From Candidatus Woesebacteria bacterium (GTDB lineage: Bacteria > Patescibacteriota > Microgenomatia > UBA10105 > UBA927): a DNA stretch of 64,000 nt. The notes under the pieces are model-generated. The model saw only the letters and a program-made list of their open reading frames with translations. It had not been told where the DNA came from and made no database searches. The position numbers and the translations under genes were made by a program. The stretch's first letter is position 1. Each line of letters begins with the position of its first letter. Positions 18,271-27,958 of this stretch are shown here, in pieces. Where the stretch lies: NCBI GenBank assembly GCA_044223895.1, contig JBGALL010000001.1, forward strand, positions 27,506 to 91,505, read 5' to 3'.

Positions 18271-19830
18271 ATGTACAGGAAATTATTGATTGTGGGTCTT
18301 TTATTACTTACTTTTAGCAGTTTATCGGTGTATGCCATCAAAACCCATCAATATCCACAATGGGATGAACATCATTATCTCACCATAGCGGTAAAGACCC
18401 TTGATGCAGTTCATACCAAAGGGTTGATAGGCTTCGCAGATGTCATTTCCATAAGTACGTACAGACAACCACTCTATCCCCTCCTACTTGCCCTATTACT
18501 CTCCATCTTAGGAACAGCTCATACCTACGTGATGGCACTAATAGTGAATGCTGGGCTATATACGTTAACTATCTTTGCAACTTATTTAGTAGCCCGTTAT
18601 TTTTTTAAACCATGGATAAGTATCCTGGCTGCAGTGATAGCTGCAACCTACGGGAATGGCTTATTCTATGCCCATTTCACCTATGTAGAAACTGCAGTAA
18701 CCACTATGATTGTCTGGGGATTATATTGGTTGCTGCGAACTGACGGATTTCGCAGAAGAAAATATTCTCTCATTGCGGGTTTATGGATTGCCTTGGCAAC
18801 CCTCACGAGATTTATTGCACCAGTATTTCTCATCGGACCACTACTAGGGTTATTGCTACAACTGTGTATTGAAAGACAAAAGTCTACCAAAGATCAATGG
18901 CAAAACGTCACCATCCTTCTAGGTTTAGCAATAGGTATCCCCCTCATCTTATATTTTATTCCGAATCATCAGTCCTTTTTAGAATACGTACACAATAACC
19001 AGACACTCGGTCCCGGATGGGTTGCTCAATATCGTGATCCGGCTATGGCAAATACCTTTTCGGTACGATCAATAATGTATTACTTTAATATTATTCAACA
19101 AAAATACCGTACCGCCCTTCGTCGTATTTGTAGGCGGATTTGTAGTGGTAAGCCTCTCAGCTTTTTAAAAAATATTGTAACTAAAAAAGATTTCATCAGA
19201 GATGTTTTCAAAGATATTTTTATTAGCGGGATTCATCGTCCCCTACTGTTTTTTAACCTTGTAACGATTTGGAAAGAAGATCGATTCTTGGTCTCTATAT
19301 ATCCAGATATGGCATTACTATCAGTTGTTGCTCTCCAAGCGTTATCTCGCTGGAAAAAAGTTTTTATTACCACGGTAACTATAGTTATAGTCATTAGTAT
19401 CATGAATGCTTACGGTGGATTATTTGGTATTGGTCCAATGGGAAAACAAGGACTGGTAGATTATGTAACTCCCACGTGGATTCCCCACCCACGCCGACTG
19501 TATCTCACTCCCCTGGTTTGGCCACCTACAAAGGAATATTCCAATGCGGATATATTTGTAAAGGCTATCCAACAAGATTGGAAAGGATCAGAGAAAGCCA
19601 AGATTGGCCTCACCTTTAATCATGAACCATTTATCAATGCCGTAAACTCAATCCTCACCTATGAAAAGCGCAGTTTGGGAGAATTGAAACTGGATCAAAC
19701 AGCTACCCAGACAGCTTCACTTGATTATCTTGTTAGTCAATCCGAGATTACCCCTGGAAGCGATTTACATGAACTGAATAGACTGATAATTCCCTACGAC
19801 AAATCACCGGTATTTATTTATAAGCACTAG
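18271..19830 (+). CDS. Polytopic membrane glycosyltransferase-like protein (ArnT/GT39-like)
   Basis: First-loop acidic motif YPQWDEHHY, many TM segments, C-terminal soluble domain. The central segment looks frame-disturbed (see findings). Confidence 0.6.
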   Translation: MYRKLLIVGLLLLTFSSLSVYAIKTHQYPQWDEHHYLTIAVKTLDAVHTKGLIGFADVISISTYRQPLYPLLLALLLSILGTAHTYVMALIVNAGLYTLTIFATYLVARYFFKPWISILAAVIAATYGNGLFYAHFTYVETAVTTMIVWGLYWLLRTDGFRRRKYSLIAGLWIALATLTRFIAPVFLIGPLLGLLLQLCIERQKSTKDQWQNVTILLGLAIGIPLILYFIPNHQSFLEYVHNNQTLGPGWVAQYRDPAMANTFSVRSIMYYFNIIQQKYRTALRRICRRICSGKPLSFLKNIVTKKDFIRDVFKDIFISGIHRPLLFFNLVTIWKEDRFLVSIYPDMALLSVVALQALSRWKKVFITTVTIVIVISIMNAYGGLFGIGPMGKQGLVDYVTPTWIPHPRRLYLTPLVWPPTKEYSNADIFVKAIQQDWKGSEKAKIGLTFNHEPFINAVNSILTYEKRSLGELKLDQTATQTASLDYLVSQSEITPGSDLHELNRLIIPYDKSPVFIYKH

Positions 19831-21629
19831 AAGTTAACTTTATAGACAATAACCTGTGGATTTCGAAACATTTCAGTGAGAAAGGGATAATAGGGACGGA
19901 GATCAGGAGCACCATAAGCTAAGCCTTGTTCTTCAGGTCCATACAACACGTATTGAATATTGTTCTCTTTAAATAAGCTTAAAAATTCTTCTGGTGGTCG
20001 TTTTCGTCCAAAGAAATTTGCTACAATAATTACTTTCATTTCCGAATTGACCGTATTGGCGTGACCTACATAGGTAAAATTTCCTGAGTATACAGGTATA
20101 AGATTGCCCGTTGCCTGACCAGAAAATACAGCCACATCCCGAGGAGTATTCACCTGCAACCAAACCATAGCATCAACTAAATCTAATAAGGGATACATTA
20201 CTTCTGCACCTTGGGGAACAAGTGGAATATCAGCCCGTAACTTGTGATCTACGAAATCTTTTTGCCATAGCCATGAAGAAAACATCGTTCCACACCCTAG
20301 TAAAATAACGATAATGGGAATGATCAATAATGCTTCACCAAAACCACTTCCTCCTTTGACACTATCTTGCTTTGACGCTGTCTTGCTTTGCCATTTCTTA
20401 ACATATTGATATCCAGTATAAATCGCATACATACTCATAATTGCTAAGGGAATATGAGGGGCCATTTCTGTCCAACGGGTTGGTGATTGTTGAGGAATAT
20501 AATTAAAGAGAAATACAAAGAATAACCACGAAAAAATCCAATAAGAAAATATTGGAAGCTTTTTTTGTAACACTGTTCTCGTGCTTGAAGGTTTGAGTTG
20601 ATCGAGACAACTAATAACCACGCCCACTAAACCCAATGGCAAAGTTGCACCCAATGCTAAAAAGTATTCTATGTATGAAAATTTCGTAGGATGCAGAACG
20701 TCAAATTCGACCAACCTTTTCCAAGGATATTGGGCGGAAATCATGGCAAAATAAATAATTGATGGTAAACTTAAAACTCCAAAAATAATTCTTCCAAACA
20801 AATTATTGGTAAAGTATCTAACTGCTATTTTTTTGAGTGAAGCACCACTTCCACTACTAAGATCTTTCCAATTATCTTTTATAAGAGCAAAAATTTCTCC
20901 CAGAGTCCAAAATGCTAACACGCCATAAATAAAAGCTAAAGCAGGAGTAAAAACAATACCTAATAACAATCCAATAACTCCTAAGAAAACCCAATTACCA
21001 GGCATCTTTTTCGTTATAAATCCCCCACCAAAAACCCACAAAATAAACGCTAACATTGCTTGTCCAAAGAGGATATGAGGTAAAAATGTAGTTCGTTGCA
21101 TACTATCGACCACGGTATACCACGGCATATACCCCCCGAATCGAGGCCAGCCATCAACAGTTTCAAACTTAGGCCAGGTAGAAGCCGTCACGATCAGTAA
21201 GAAGGTTATGATTTGCCAGGAAAACCCGGGGAAAACCCATTCCGAAACTCTCCACATGACAAAGAGTAAAACAACAGCAAAAAATACTCTCATCACATGA
21301 TAGGAAAACCATACATAAGGTGTCTGAACGTGTACCCAATCTGAAACTTTTCCTATAAACACATATAAGACTTGAATTAAACTCCCCTCGTGGGGTTCAC
21401 TGGTATATTTTTCCTTTGCTAACCATGATCCTTCTTTCCCCTGTCTAATTTTTGAGAGATACAATTCATAATCTGTTGGGAAATTATGAACTAATTCAAA
21501 ATATCGAATCGGTTTTATTTTCCAACGAAGACTCCATTCATAAAAGGTTGGCACCATGGCGAATAATACAAAAAAAAGTATTAAAAATGCAGGTAGAAAT
21601 GCACGAATCCAATGGAAGATTTTTGACAT
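19827..21629 (-). CDS. Polytopic membrane protein, GT-C-like 'family A'
   Basis: It shares the N-terminal loop motif and the C-terminal domain architecture with 15978..17585. Its stop overlaps the convergent gene's stop (CTAG). Confidence 0.65.
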   Translation of the reverse strand: MSKIFHWIRAFLPAFLILFFVLFAMVPTFYEWSLRWKIKPIRYFELVHNFPTDYELYLSKIRQGKEGSWLAKEKYTSEPHEGSLIQVLYVFIGKVSDWVHVQTPYVWFSYHVMRVFFAVVLLFVMWRVSEWVFPGFSWQIITFLLIVTASTWPKFETVDGWPRFGGYMPWYTVVDSMQRTTFLPHILFGQAMLAFILWVFGGGFITKKMPGNWVFLGVIGLLLGIVFTPALAFIYGVLAFWTLGEIFALIKDNWKDLSSGSGASLKKIAVRYFTNNLFGRIIFGVLSLPSIIYFAMISAQYPWKRLVEFDVLHPTKFSYIEYFLALGATLPLGLVGVVISCLDQLKPSSTRTVLQKKLPIFSYWIFSWLFFVFLFNYIPQQSPTRWTEMAPHIPLAIMSMYAIYTGYQYVKKWQSKTASKQDSVKGGSGFGEALLIIPIIVILLGCGTMFSSWLWQKDFVDHKLRADIPLVPQGAEVMYPLLDLVDAMVWLQVNTPRDVAVFSGQATGNLIPVYSGNFTYVGHANTVNSEMKVIIVANFFGRKRPPEEFLSLFKENNIQYVLYGPEEQGLAYGAPDLRPYYPFLTEMFRNPQVIVYKVNF

Positions 21630-21721
21630 AACACAGATTAGTCTACACGAAATCTCTGACTCTAGAAAACTACTAAACTTTCGGGTATAAATAATTACAC
21701 GACAACAATACCTATTCTAGT

Positions 21722-22432
21722 ATGGAAAACGAAGAACAAGAAATGAAATCATTGTTAAAAGTTGGTGGTTTGGTAGCTGTTTGTGTGGTCTTTCTGCTGA
21801 TTGTTATCTTCGTCTGGAATTCATGGACCGTGAAACGAAACAGTAAAGTAGTTCTTCATTCCGGAGTTACCTATACAGGTCCGACACCAGAGGGACAACA
21901 AAATGCTCCGGCTACGACTGCTCCCAATAAATTTACTGTCGATCAGAATACGAAATGGAAAATAGTCAGTGGCATGTTATATCCTTACAGTTTTGAAGCT
22001 CCAGAAAATCTAGAATTAGTGAGATTTAATAATGATCCCTACGATATTTTTGCGATCTCTTGGAATGGTCAAAGACCTGATTCAAACGTATTAATTGGAG
22101 TCGATAATCTGTCTAATAAAGATAATTTAAAGCAATATATTAATCAGTCTAAACAAACCTATGTAGAAAATTGGTGGAAACAAATTGGTTCATTAAGTGG
22201 CGTTTCCAGTATCACCCCGTTTACCAACAGTAAAGGAATGAAAGGCTATAGAGCAAAATTTCTCTTACAAGGAGGCTCTCCTGCTCCCTATGAAGATATC
22301 TTCTTTGAAACCTCAAAGAAAAAAGATGTAGTGATCCATATGGCAAATAGTGTATTGGAAGATAAAGTCTTTGAAAGAATTGTAGATACTGTTTCTTGGG
22401 GAACGGCAACAAACTCAGCAACCAAAAAATAA
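21722..22432 (+). CDS. Hypothetical membrane-anchored extracytoplasmic protein
   Basis: Single N-terminal TM segment (LLKVGGLVAVCVVFLLIVIFVW) followed by a ~190-aa soluble domain. No recognised motif. Confidence 0.5.
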   Translation: MENEEQEMKSLLKVGGLVAVCVVFLLIVIFVWNSWTVKRNSKVVLHSGVTYTGPTPEGQQNAPATTAPNKFTVDQNTKWKIVSGMLYPYSFEAPENLELVRFNNDPYDIFAISWNGQRPDSNVLIGVDNLSNKDNLKQYINQSKQTYVENWWKQIGSLSGVSSITPFTNSKGMKGYRAKFLLQGGSPAPYEDIFFETSKKKDVVIHMANSVLEDKVFERIVDTVSWGTATNSATKK

Positions 22433-22446
22433 CGTTTACTTTTGTC

Positions 22447-22467
22447 ATGCTGAATTCACATCAGCAT
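22447..22467 (+). terminator. Hairpin after gene 21722..22432 (weak terminator candidate)
   Basis: ATGCTGA-attcaca-TCAGCAT, a perfect 7-bp stem 15 nt after the stop. The following T tract is poor (CTTTAG). Confidence 0.3.
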
Positions 22468-22524
22468 CTTTAGCGCTATCAACGCTTCTCTAAGACGACA
22501 ACCTAAGATCCCGACTTACTCGGG

Positions 22525-24399
22525 ATGACAACTATACGTATGAACAAGAAATACATTCTTATAATAGTATTTTCCCTAGCCTTTCTTCTCCGTTTATTTT
22601 TCATCCCTAATCCTGGATTTGAAGCTGATGTGGCTTTTTGGAAAGGATGGGGACTAGCAGCAGCTGATAAGGGTGTTGTCTGGGGCATAACCCATACCAA
22701 TAATAACTACCCTACCCCCTTTGCCTATACCTTAGGAGGCATGGTAGTTCTCTATCGTCTCTTGGGTGGGAATCCCTATGATTTTAATGATTATTGGAGT
22801 AATACCAATCTTAAATTTTTAATTGCTTCCAAGTCGCCAGCAATTATCGCTGATTTTGGTATCGCCCTACTGATTTTATTTATAGGAAAACGATTTGCTT
22901 CTCAATTTATTCCTTCAACAACAGAAAGGAAAAAGGGGTTGGCAAAAATCCTTGATAATGACCATATTTGGGCGGTACTCGCTTGTGTCTATTTGCTTAA
23001 CCCTATTTCAATTATGGATGGCGCCTGGTGGGGCCAGGTTGATAGTTTAGGTGTGGTCTATTTTCTTCTGGTTGTTTTGTGTTTGCTCTACAAACGGACA
23101 TTTTTGGCCGGGATTGTATTTATGGTAGCGATGATGACCAAGCTACAGAATATGATTTATGGGCCTGTATTATTTGTATTTATATGGCGAGAATTTGGCT
23201 TTGACGGATTTAAAAAAGCTCTTGCAGGATCAGTCCTTGGATTTTTTGGATTAAACATTGAATTTTTTCTCTCCAAAAATATGAACCTGGTCATAGGTTC
23301 TTTGATAAATAATTATGACTATTTTCCTTGGATGTCTTTAAATGCATTTAACCCCTGGTGGATCGTTTCTGGTGGTCATGGAATGCAAATGTCCGATAAA
23401 TACTTATCGATTGGGGTAATGACTGCCAAGTCCGTAGGGACTATTTTATTTGCAGCCTGTTATTTAATAAGCGTGCTCTCGCTCATCCGCCCCAATATCA
23501 AAAGGATATTATCTCCTCAGACATCTCAAGATCAAACATCTCCTAAGGGGTTTTTCTTGTTTTTTCTAAGTTTATCTATTGTTAACTTTGGATTTTTCTT
23601 ATTTCAAACTCAATCTCATGAACGCTATGCCTTTCCATTCATTGTCTTTAGTTTATTTCTGGTTCCCTTTCTTAAAGGGAGAAAACAACTTATATTTTTT
23701 ATAAGTTACCTAATTTTTTCAGTTATCTATTTCTTGAATTTACATGTCGCCTTTGCATTTAATTATCCAGATAATGTCTTTCAATGGCTTTCATTTTTAG
23801 CCGCTCCCGGACCTTCAATAGCCATCGCTGCTATTCAGACGTTGATGTTTATCTTATTTTTACTATTTTTTATCCCTGAATTATCACTAGGAGTATCGGG
23901 CGTTGGGGTAGCCTTTTGTGTTGGTTTGATTGTTATGGGCAATCTCAAATATCTGAGAGGTCAACCTATTTTGTTATCAACGATGACCCCAATTACCAGC
24001 GCTCAAGGGTATGGAACCCGTCAAAAAGATATGCCGGTCGACGGGGGCTTTGGTCCCAAAAGTTGGGCTTGGTTATCTACCCAATATGCTTTTTACCGAC
24101 ATGGTATAGGGACTCACGCCAATAGTGAAATAACCTATGATATTGGCCAGCACTTTAAAGAGATTCAAACTGATTATGGCATTGATACGATTGCTGGAAC
24201 CCAGGCAAGTGCTATTTTTGAAGTCTGGGGAGACGGGAGAAAATTATTTGAATCCCCAAAAATGGGACGATTTGATATGCCAAAACATGCCAGAGTTAGC
24301 TTGATCGGAGTTCATTATTTAACCCTAAAAACGACTGACGCAGGAGACGGAACCACCGATGATCATACCAATTGGCTGAATACAAAATTAGTTCCCTAA
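22525..24399 (+). CDS. GT-C-like polytopic membrane protein fused to a C-terminal NPCBM-like carbohydrate-binding domain
   Basis: N-terminal ~480 aa are polytopic. The C-terminal ~130 aa match the NPCBM pattern as I recall it (HGIGTHANSEITYDIG..F..DYGIDT..ASAIFEVWGDGRKLFES..VSLIGVHYLTLKTTDAGDGTTDDHTNWLNTKL). Confidence 0.75.
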   Translation: MTTIRMNKKYILIIVFSLAFLLRLFFIPNPGFEADVAFWKGWGLAAADKGVVWGITHTNNNYPTPFAYTLGGMVVLYRLLGGNPYDFNDYWSNTNLKFLIASKSPAIIADFGIALLILFIGKRFASQFIPSTTERKKGLAKILDNDHIWAVLACVYLLNPISIMDGAWWGQVDSLGVVYFLLVVLCLLYKRTFLAGIVFMVAMMTKLQNMIYGPVLFVFIWREFGFDGFKKALAGSVLGFFGLNIEFFLSKNMNLVIGSLINNYDYFPWMSLNAFNPWWIVSGGHGMQMSDKYLSIGVMTAKSVGTILFAACYLISVLSLIRPNIKRILSPQTSQDQTSPKGFFLFFLSLSIVNFGFFLFQTQSHERYAFPFIVFSLFLVPFLKGRKQLIFFISYLIFSVIYFLNLHVAFAFNYPDNVFQWLSFLAAPGPSIAIAAIQTLMFILFLLFFIPELSLGVSGVGVAFCVGLIVMGNLKYLRGQPILLSTMTPITSAQGYGTRQKDMPVDGGFGPKSWAWLSTQYAFYRHGIGTHANSEITYDIGQHFKEIQTDYGIDTIAGTQASAIFEVWGDGRKLFESPKMGRFDMPKHARVSLIGVHYLTLKTTDAGDGTTDDHTNWLNTKLVP

Positions 24400-24428
24400 G
24401 ATATGACCAAGCAATTAACCCAAATTCT

Positions 24429-26927
24429 ATGAAAAAACTAGAAAAAATAATTTCTTTACTAATGTTAGTATTTGCGGTTGGATTTAATCTGTGGTTATAC
24501 CGATTAGAGCCATCAGCCAAAATTGATCCGAACGATAATCCTTTTCAATACGCCTTAGTCGATCGTACTAATCAGATGTGGGATTATGCAGCCAGCAAAT
24601 GTAGCATTAACCCACTCTGTTTCACTGGATACTTGATAGATCATTGGGTGCCAAATTGGGCTCAAGGGTACAATCTCCCCTACTACTATTCTCATGCGCC
24701 ACAAATTGGTATTGTTGCCAGCTATCGTTTGCTCGGTCATTTCGCGGGATATAGTTTATTCCAATGGTATCATCTGCTAATTTATCTCCTCCTTTGTTTA
24801 TTTCCGATCTCTGTTTTTGTAGCGTTTCGTGTACTAAGAGTCCCACCTCTTATAGCAGGCATCGCAGCGTTACTCGCTAGTCAAGTATCTACGGATGGAT
24901 TATATGGTCTCGACCCTTCTTCCTTTCTTTGGAGAGGATATGGTTTGACGAGTCAGTTGTTTTCAATGATTTGGATGCCAGTGGCGATTGCCTATTCCTT
25001 TCAATTCTTTAACCAACATATTGATAATTTTGCAGTTCTTCTTCCTGAAAATATTCAACGTCTTGGTAAAAAACTATTGAATCTATCGATTACTGACAAA
25101 GCAACCAGCGATACAGCAATCGCTACCCGAAAAACTTTTTGGTATGCTGTCTTATTTCTCATCCTGACTATTTCCGGCCATTTGGGTTTGGGAGTAATGA
25201 CCTTACTTTCTATTGGTATTTTAGCTATGTCAAAGCCAATTTTCAGTTTGTTAACGGAACAATCGATTACCACGCTTATAAAAGATACGAAAGAACGCAT
25301 CTATAAATTAGTTGCTGTCTCTGGAGCAACCTTATTTTTCTTAAGTTATTTCATTCTCCCAGCCTTAGTGAATGATAAATACCATAACTATTCATTTTGG
25401 GATCCGGTTTGGAAATTCAATTCATGGGGATGGAAAGAGGTTTTGCAATATTTCTTTAACGGAGCCCTGTTTGATTTTGGAAGATTCCCAGTACTGACAA
25501 TTCTCATTTTACTCGGAGCCTTTGCAATATTCTCTCGCCGTAAAAAAGTTGCGAAAATACAATCTGTCAAAGCATCAACAGAGTCTATAAACACAACAAC
25601 TACTTCGTTAGCTGATTTTGAATTTTATCCATTTTCATTGTTATTTGCCTTTTGGTTGTTAATGTTTTTTGGAAGAACCACCTGGGGTGGGCTTCTCGAC
25701 CTTATCCCCAGTATGAAAGAATTCCATCAATCTCGTTTCATCGTGGGAGTCCACTTAAGTGGATTTTTTCTGGCTCCTCTCGGACTATGGTATTTAGTTG
25801 AATGTATTCCTAGTTTCCTGCTTACTATAAGAGCAATTGTCACCAATGGTTTTTCGTCATTGAAGAGCGCCCATAGCTATGAGATTTCTTCATCATCAAA
25901 AGTCATCCTTACTAGCGTGTTGGCACTGCTAACAATTGTTGTCGTATATCCCCAAACCATGCGCTATTCAGATTTTAACGATGTCTTAATAAAACGAGGA
26001 AATGATAATTTTGAGAAGCAACGGAAAGATGTTGATACCCTTATTTCTACTTTACAAAAAGCTCCTCCAGGAAGGGTCTTTACCGGTCGTGGAGGGTCGT
26101 GGGGAAAGAAATTACAGATCGCTGAGACTACTTATTTCATGCATCTATCAACCTACGGTCTTCCAGTTATCCTTTGGCTTCCTGAAACTTGGTCGCCAAA
26201 TTCTGACGTAGAACAGTTTTTCATTGAAGACTGGAAAGAACACTACGACTTGATGAATGTGAAATATGTAGTAACTCCGCCAGATTTAGAACCTCAAAAA
26301 TTCTGGAAACTCCTGTCACAAAGTCCCCAATGGAAATTGTATGAAGTTGAAACGTCGGGATATTTTGGTTCAGGAAGTCAGGCTGCAGTTATTTATTCTT
26401 CAAAATTTGATTATATAAACGTTGTCCGTCTGTGGCTTCAATCTGATTATGTAAAGAAAGGAATCTTTCCAGCACTAACCTTTAAACGAAATGAGATGAT
26501 CAATTCAAAACTACCAGCCTTTGAAATGATTGACGAGGCTTCATATAAAACTCGTGATGGCAATCTCTATGGTTTGTTTGGTGATATTCCTAAGTATGAA
26601 GCTCCTGTAGCTCAAGTAACCACCACCAGAGAGACCTCTCTGAAAGATATGGAATTTACCTCCACAGTCGATATAAAAGATCCCTGTACGCAATGTATAG
26701 TATTCCTAAAACAGAGTTTCCATCCTAACTGGCATGCGTGGGTGGATGGTAAGCGAACTGATACGTTTGTTTCCTTTCCTTTTTATACAGCAGTTTCACT
26801 AACTACCCCAGGGACTCACACTGTGGAATTTAAATACGAACCAAGCACCATGAAAATGGTTTTATTTACCCTCGCTCTGGCTATTGGACTATTTATTGTT
26901 TTCCCTACAAAAAAGTTTAATAAATAA
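24429..26927 (+). CDS. Large polytopic membrane protein, YfhO-like
   Basis: About 830 aa with many TM segments. The C-terminus FHPNWHAWVDGKRTD..TPGTHTVEFKYEPS plus a final TM segment matches the YfhO-family C-terminal pattern. The start is moved to ATG 24429, after the upstream stop. Confidence 0.6.
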   Translation: MKKLEKIISLLMLVFAVGFNLWLYRLEPSAKIDPNDNPFQYALVDRTNQMWDYAASKCSINPLCFTGYLIDHWVPNWAQGYNLPYYYSHAPQIGIVASYRLLGHFAGYSLFQWYHLLIYLLLCLFPISVFVAFRVLRVPPLIAGIAALLASQVSTDGLYGLDPSSFLWRGYGLTSQLFSMIWMPVAIAYSFQFFNQHIDNFAVLLPENIQRLGKKLLNLSITDKATSDTAIATRKTFWYAVLFLILTISGHLGLGVMTLLSIGILAMSKPIFSLLTEQSITTLIKDTKERIYKLVAVSGATLFFLSYFILPALVNDKYHNYSFWDPVWKFNSWGWKEVLQYFFNGALFDFGRFPVLTILILLGAFAIFSRRKKVAKIQSVKASTESINTTTTSLADFEFYPFSLLFAFWLLMFFGRTTWGGLLDLIPSMKEFHQSRFIVGVHLSGFFLAPLGLWYLVECIPSFLLTIRAIVTNGFSSLKSAHSYEISSSSKVILTSVLALLTIVVVYPQTMRYSDFNDVLIKRGNDNFEKQRKDVDTLISTLQKAPPGRVFTGRGGSWGKKLQIAETTYFMHLSTYGLPVILWLPETWSPNSDVEQFFIEDWKEHYDLMNVKYVVTPPDLEPQKFWKLLSQSPQWKLYEVETSGYFGSGSQAAVIYSSKFDYINVVRLWLQSDYVKKGIFPALTFKRNEMINSKLPAFEMIDEASYKTRDGNLYGLFGDIPKYEAPVAQVTTTRETSLKDMEFTSTVDIKDPCTQCIVFLKQSFHPNWHAWVDGKRTDTFVSFPFYTAVSLTTPGTHTVEFKYEPSTMKMVLFTLALAIGLFIVFPTKKFNK

Positions 26928-27004
26928 TTAACTCCAACGCACGTAGGTTTGCGTGAAAATTTCCTCTTGACAAGAGTTCACGTTTTCAGCAAAACTAGAT
27001 ACAT

Positions 27005-27232
27005 ATGAAAAAAAGACCTGCTCTCAAAAAGAAAACCCAACATCGATCATCTTTATCATCTAGTAAGAGAGTTACTAGAACTGAAGATAGGTATGTTGTC
27101 TTGGTAAGAAGTTGGGTCTTTTTAGTCCTTTTCGCCTTCATGCTCGGCATTGGCGTGGTTGTTGGCAACTACTTAAATGCACAGATCAATGGTGGATCAC
27201 CTACCGTTGCTGGAGTTTCTACAGATAGATAA
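27005..27232 (+). CDS. Small basic membrane-anchored protein, hypothetical
   Basis: 75-aa ORF with a Lys/Arg/Ser-rich N-terminus and one TM segment (WVFLVLFAFMLGIGVVVG). Confidence 0.4.
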   Translation: MKKRPALKKKTQHRSSLSSSKRVTRTEDRYVVLVRSWVFLVLFAFMLGIGVVVGNYLNAQINGGSPTVAGVSTDR

Positions 27233-27255
27233 TAATTCTTTCATATATTCACTAA

Positions 27256-27285
27256 GTGACTACAACTATAGGTTGATGGTATAAT
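27256..27285 (+). promoter_or_regulatory. Promoter with near-leaderless geometry
   Basis: GTGACT, 18-nt spacer, TGgTATAAT (27277..27285), then 8 nt to ATG 27294. Confidence 0.5.
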
Positions 27286-27293
27286 TTGACATT

Positions 27294-27695
27294 ATGCCAC
27301 ATCCTGAAGGTTTGTCACCTATTCAACAAGACCCAAACCCAAAATTATTAGAACTTCGGTCACGGTTTCATTTTTTTGATCAATGGATAGACAATGGAGC
27401 TTTACCTGTAGACATGTCTTTAGACCCTATTCCAGGTCGTCAAGCGGGTAAAGACTTTATGATGGCCTGGGCTGAAACATTTAAACACGGCGATATAAAA
27501 CTATTAGGTAAGGATTATGTGACAGCAGTCCGAAAAGAAATAGAACGCTTGCACAGGGTAATGCCAAGAGCTGCGGAAGAAGTTGTCAATGAACTTATAG
27601 AAAAAAGAAAAGCAGAATATGAGCAAAGAATGATAGATGAAGGCCGGGTAAATATACATGGAAGATGGGTTAAACAAAAACCCAAGAAGAGTTAA
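27294..27695 (+). CDS. Hypothetical soluble protein
   Basis: 133-aa ORF behind a strong extended -10 promoter. No recognisable motif. Confidence 0.5.
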   Translation: MPHPEGLSPIQQDPNPKLLELRSRFHFFDQWIDNGALPVDMSLDPIPGRQAGKDFMMAWAETFKHGDIKLLGKDYVTAVRKEIERLHRVMPRAAEEVVNELIEKRKAEYEQRMIDEGRVNIHGRWVKQKPKKS

Positions 27696-27707
27696 TATTA
27701 TTCTATG

Positions 27708-27778
27708 TGGACTCGAGGGGAATCGGACCCCTTTCTACTCCATGCCATGGAGTTATACTACCGGTGTACTACGAGCCC
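27708..27778 (-). tRNA. tRNA-Ala (anticodon GGC)
   Basis: The reverse complement folds as a cloverleaf: acceptor GGGCTCG/CGAGTCC with the G3:U70 Ala identity pair, and anticodon arm ACTCC-ATGGCAT-GGAGT. The T-loop reads TCCGATT (C at position 55, unusual). No encoded CCA. Confidence 0.8.
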
Positions 27779-27857
27779 TAAAGACTAAAGCCAAAGTGGT
27801 ACGCTATATTGTACTATAAATCTTCTTTACTTTCGAACCTAAATGTAAAATTCTTTG

Positions 27858-27930
27858 TGGACCTGAGCGGAGTCGAACCGCTGATCTCCGCAATGCGAAT
27901 GCGGCGCATTACCAACTGTGCTACAGGCCC
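27858..27930 (-). tRNA. tRNA-Ala (anticodon CGC)
   Basis: Acceptor GGGCCTG/CAGGTCC with G3:U70, anticodon arm CCGCA-TTCGCAT-TGCGG, canonical T arm AGCGG-TTCGACT-CCGCT. Confidence 0.9.
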
Positions 27931-27958
27931 GTATTTCAACCTGTATTGTAGCAGAAGC

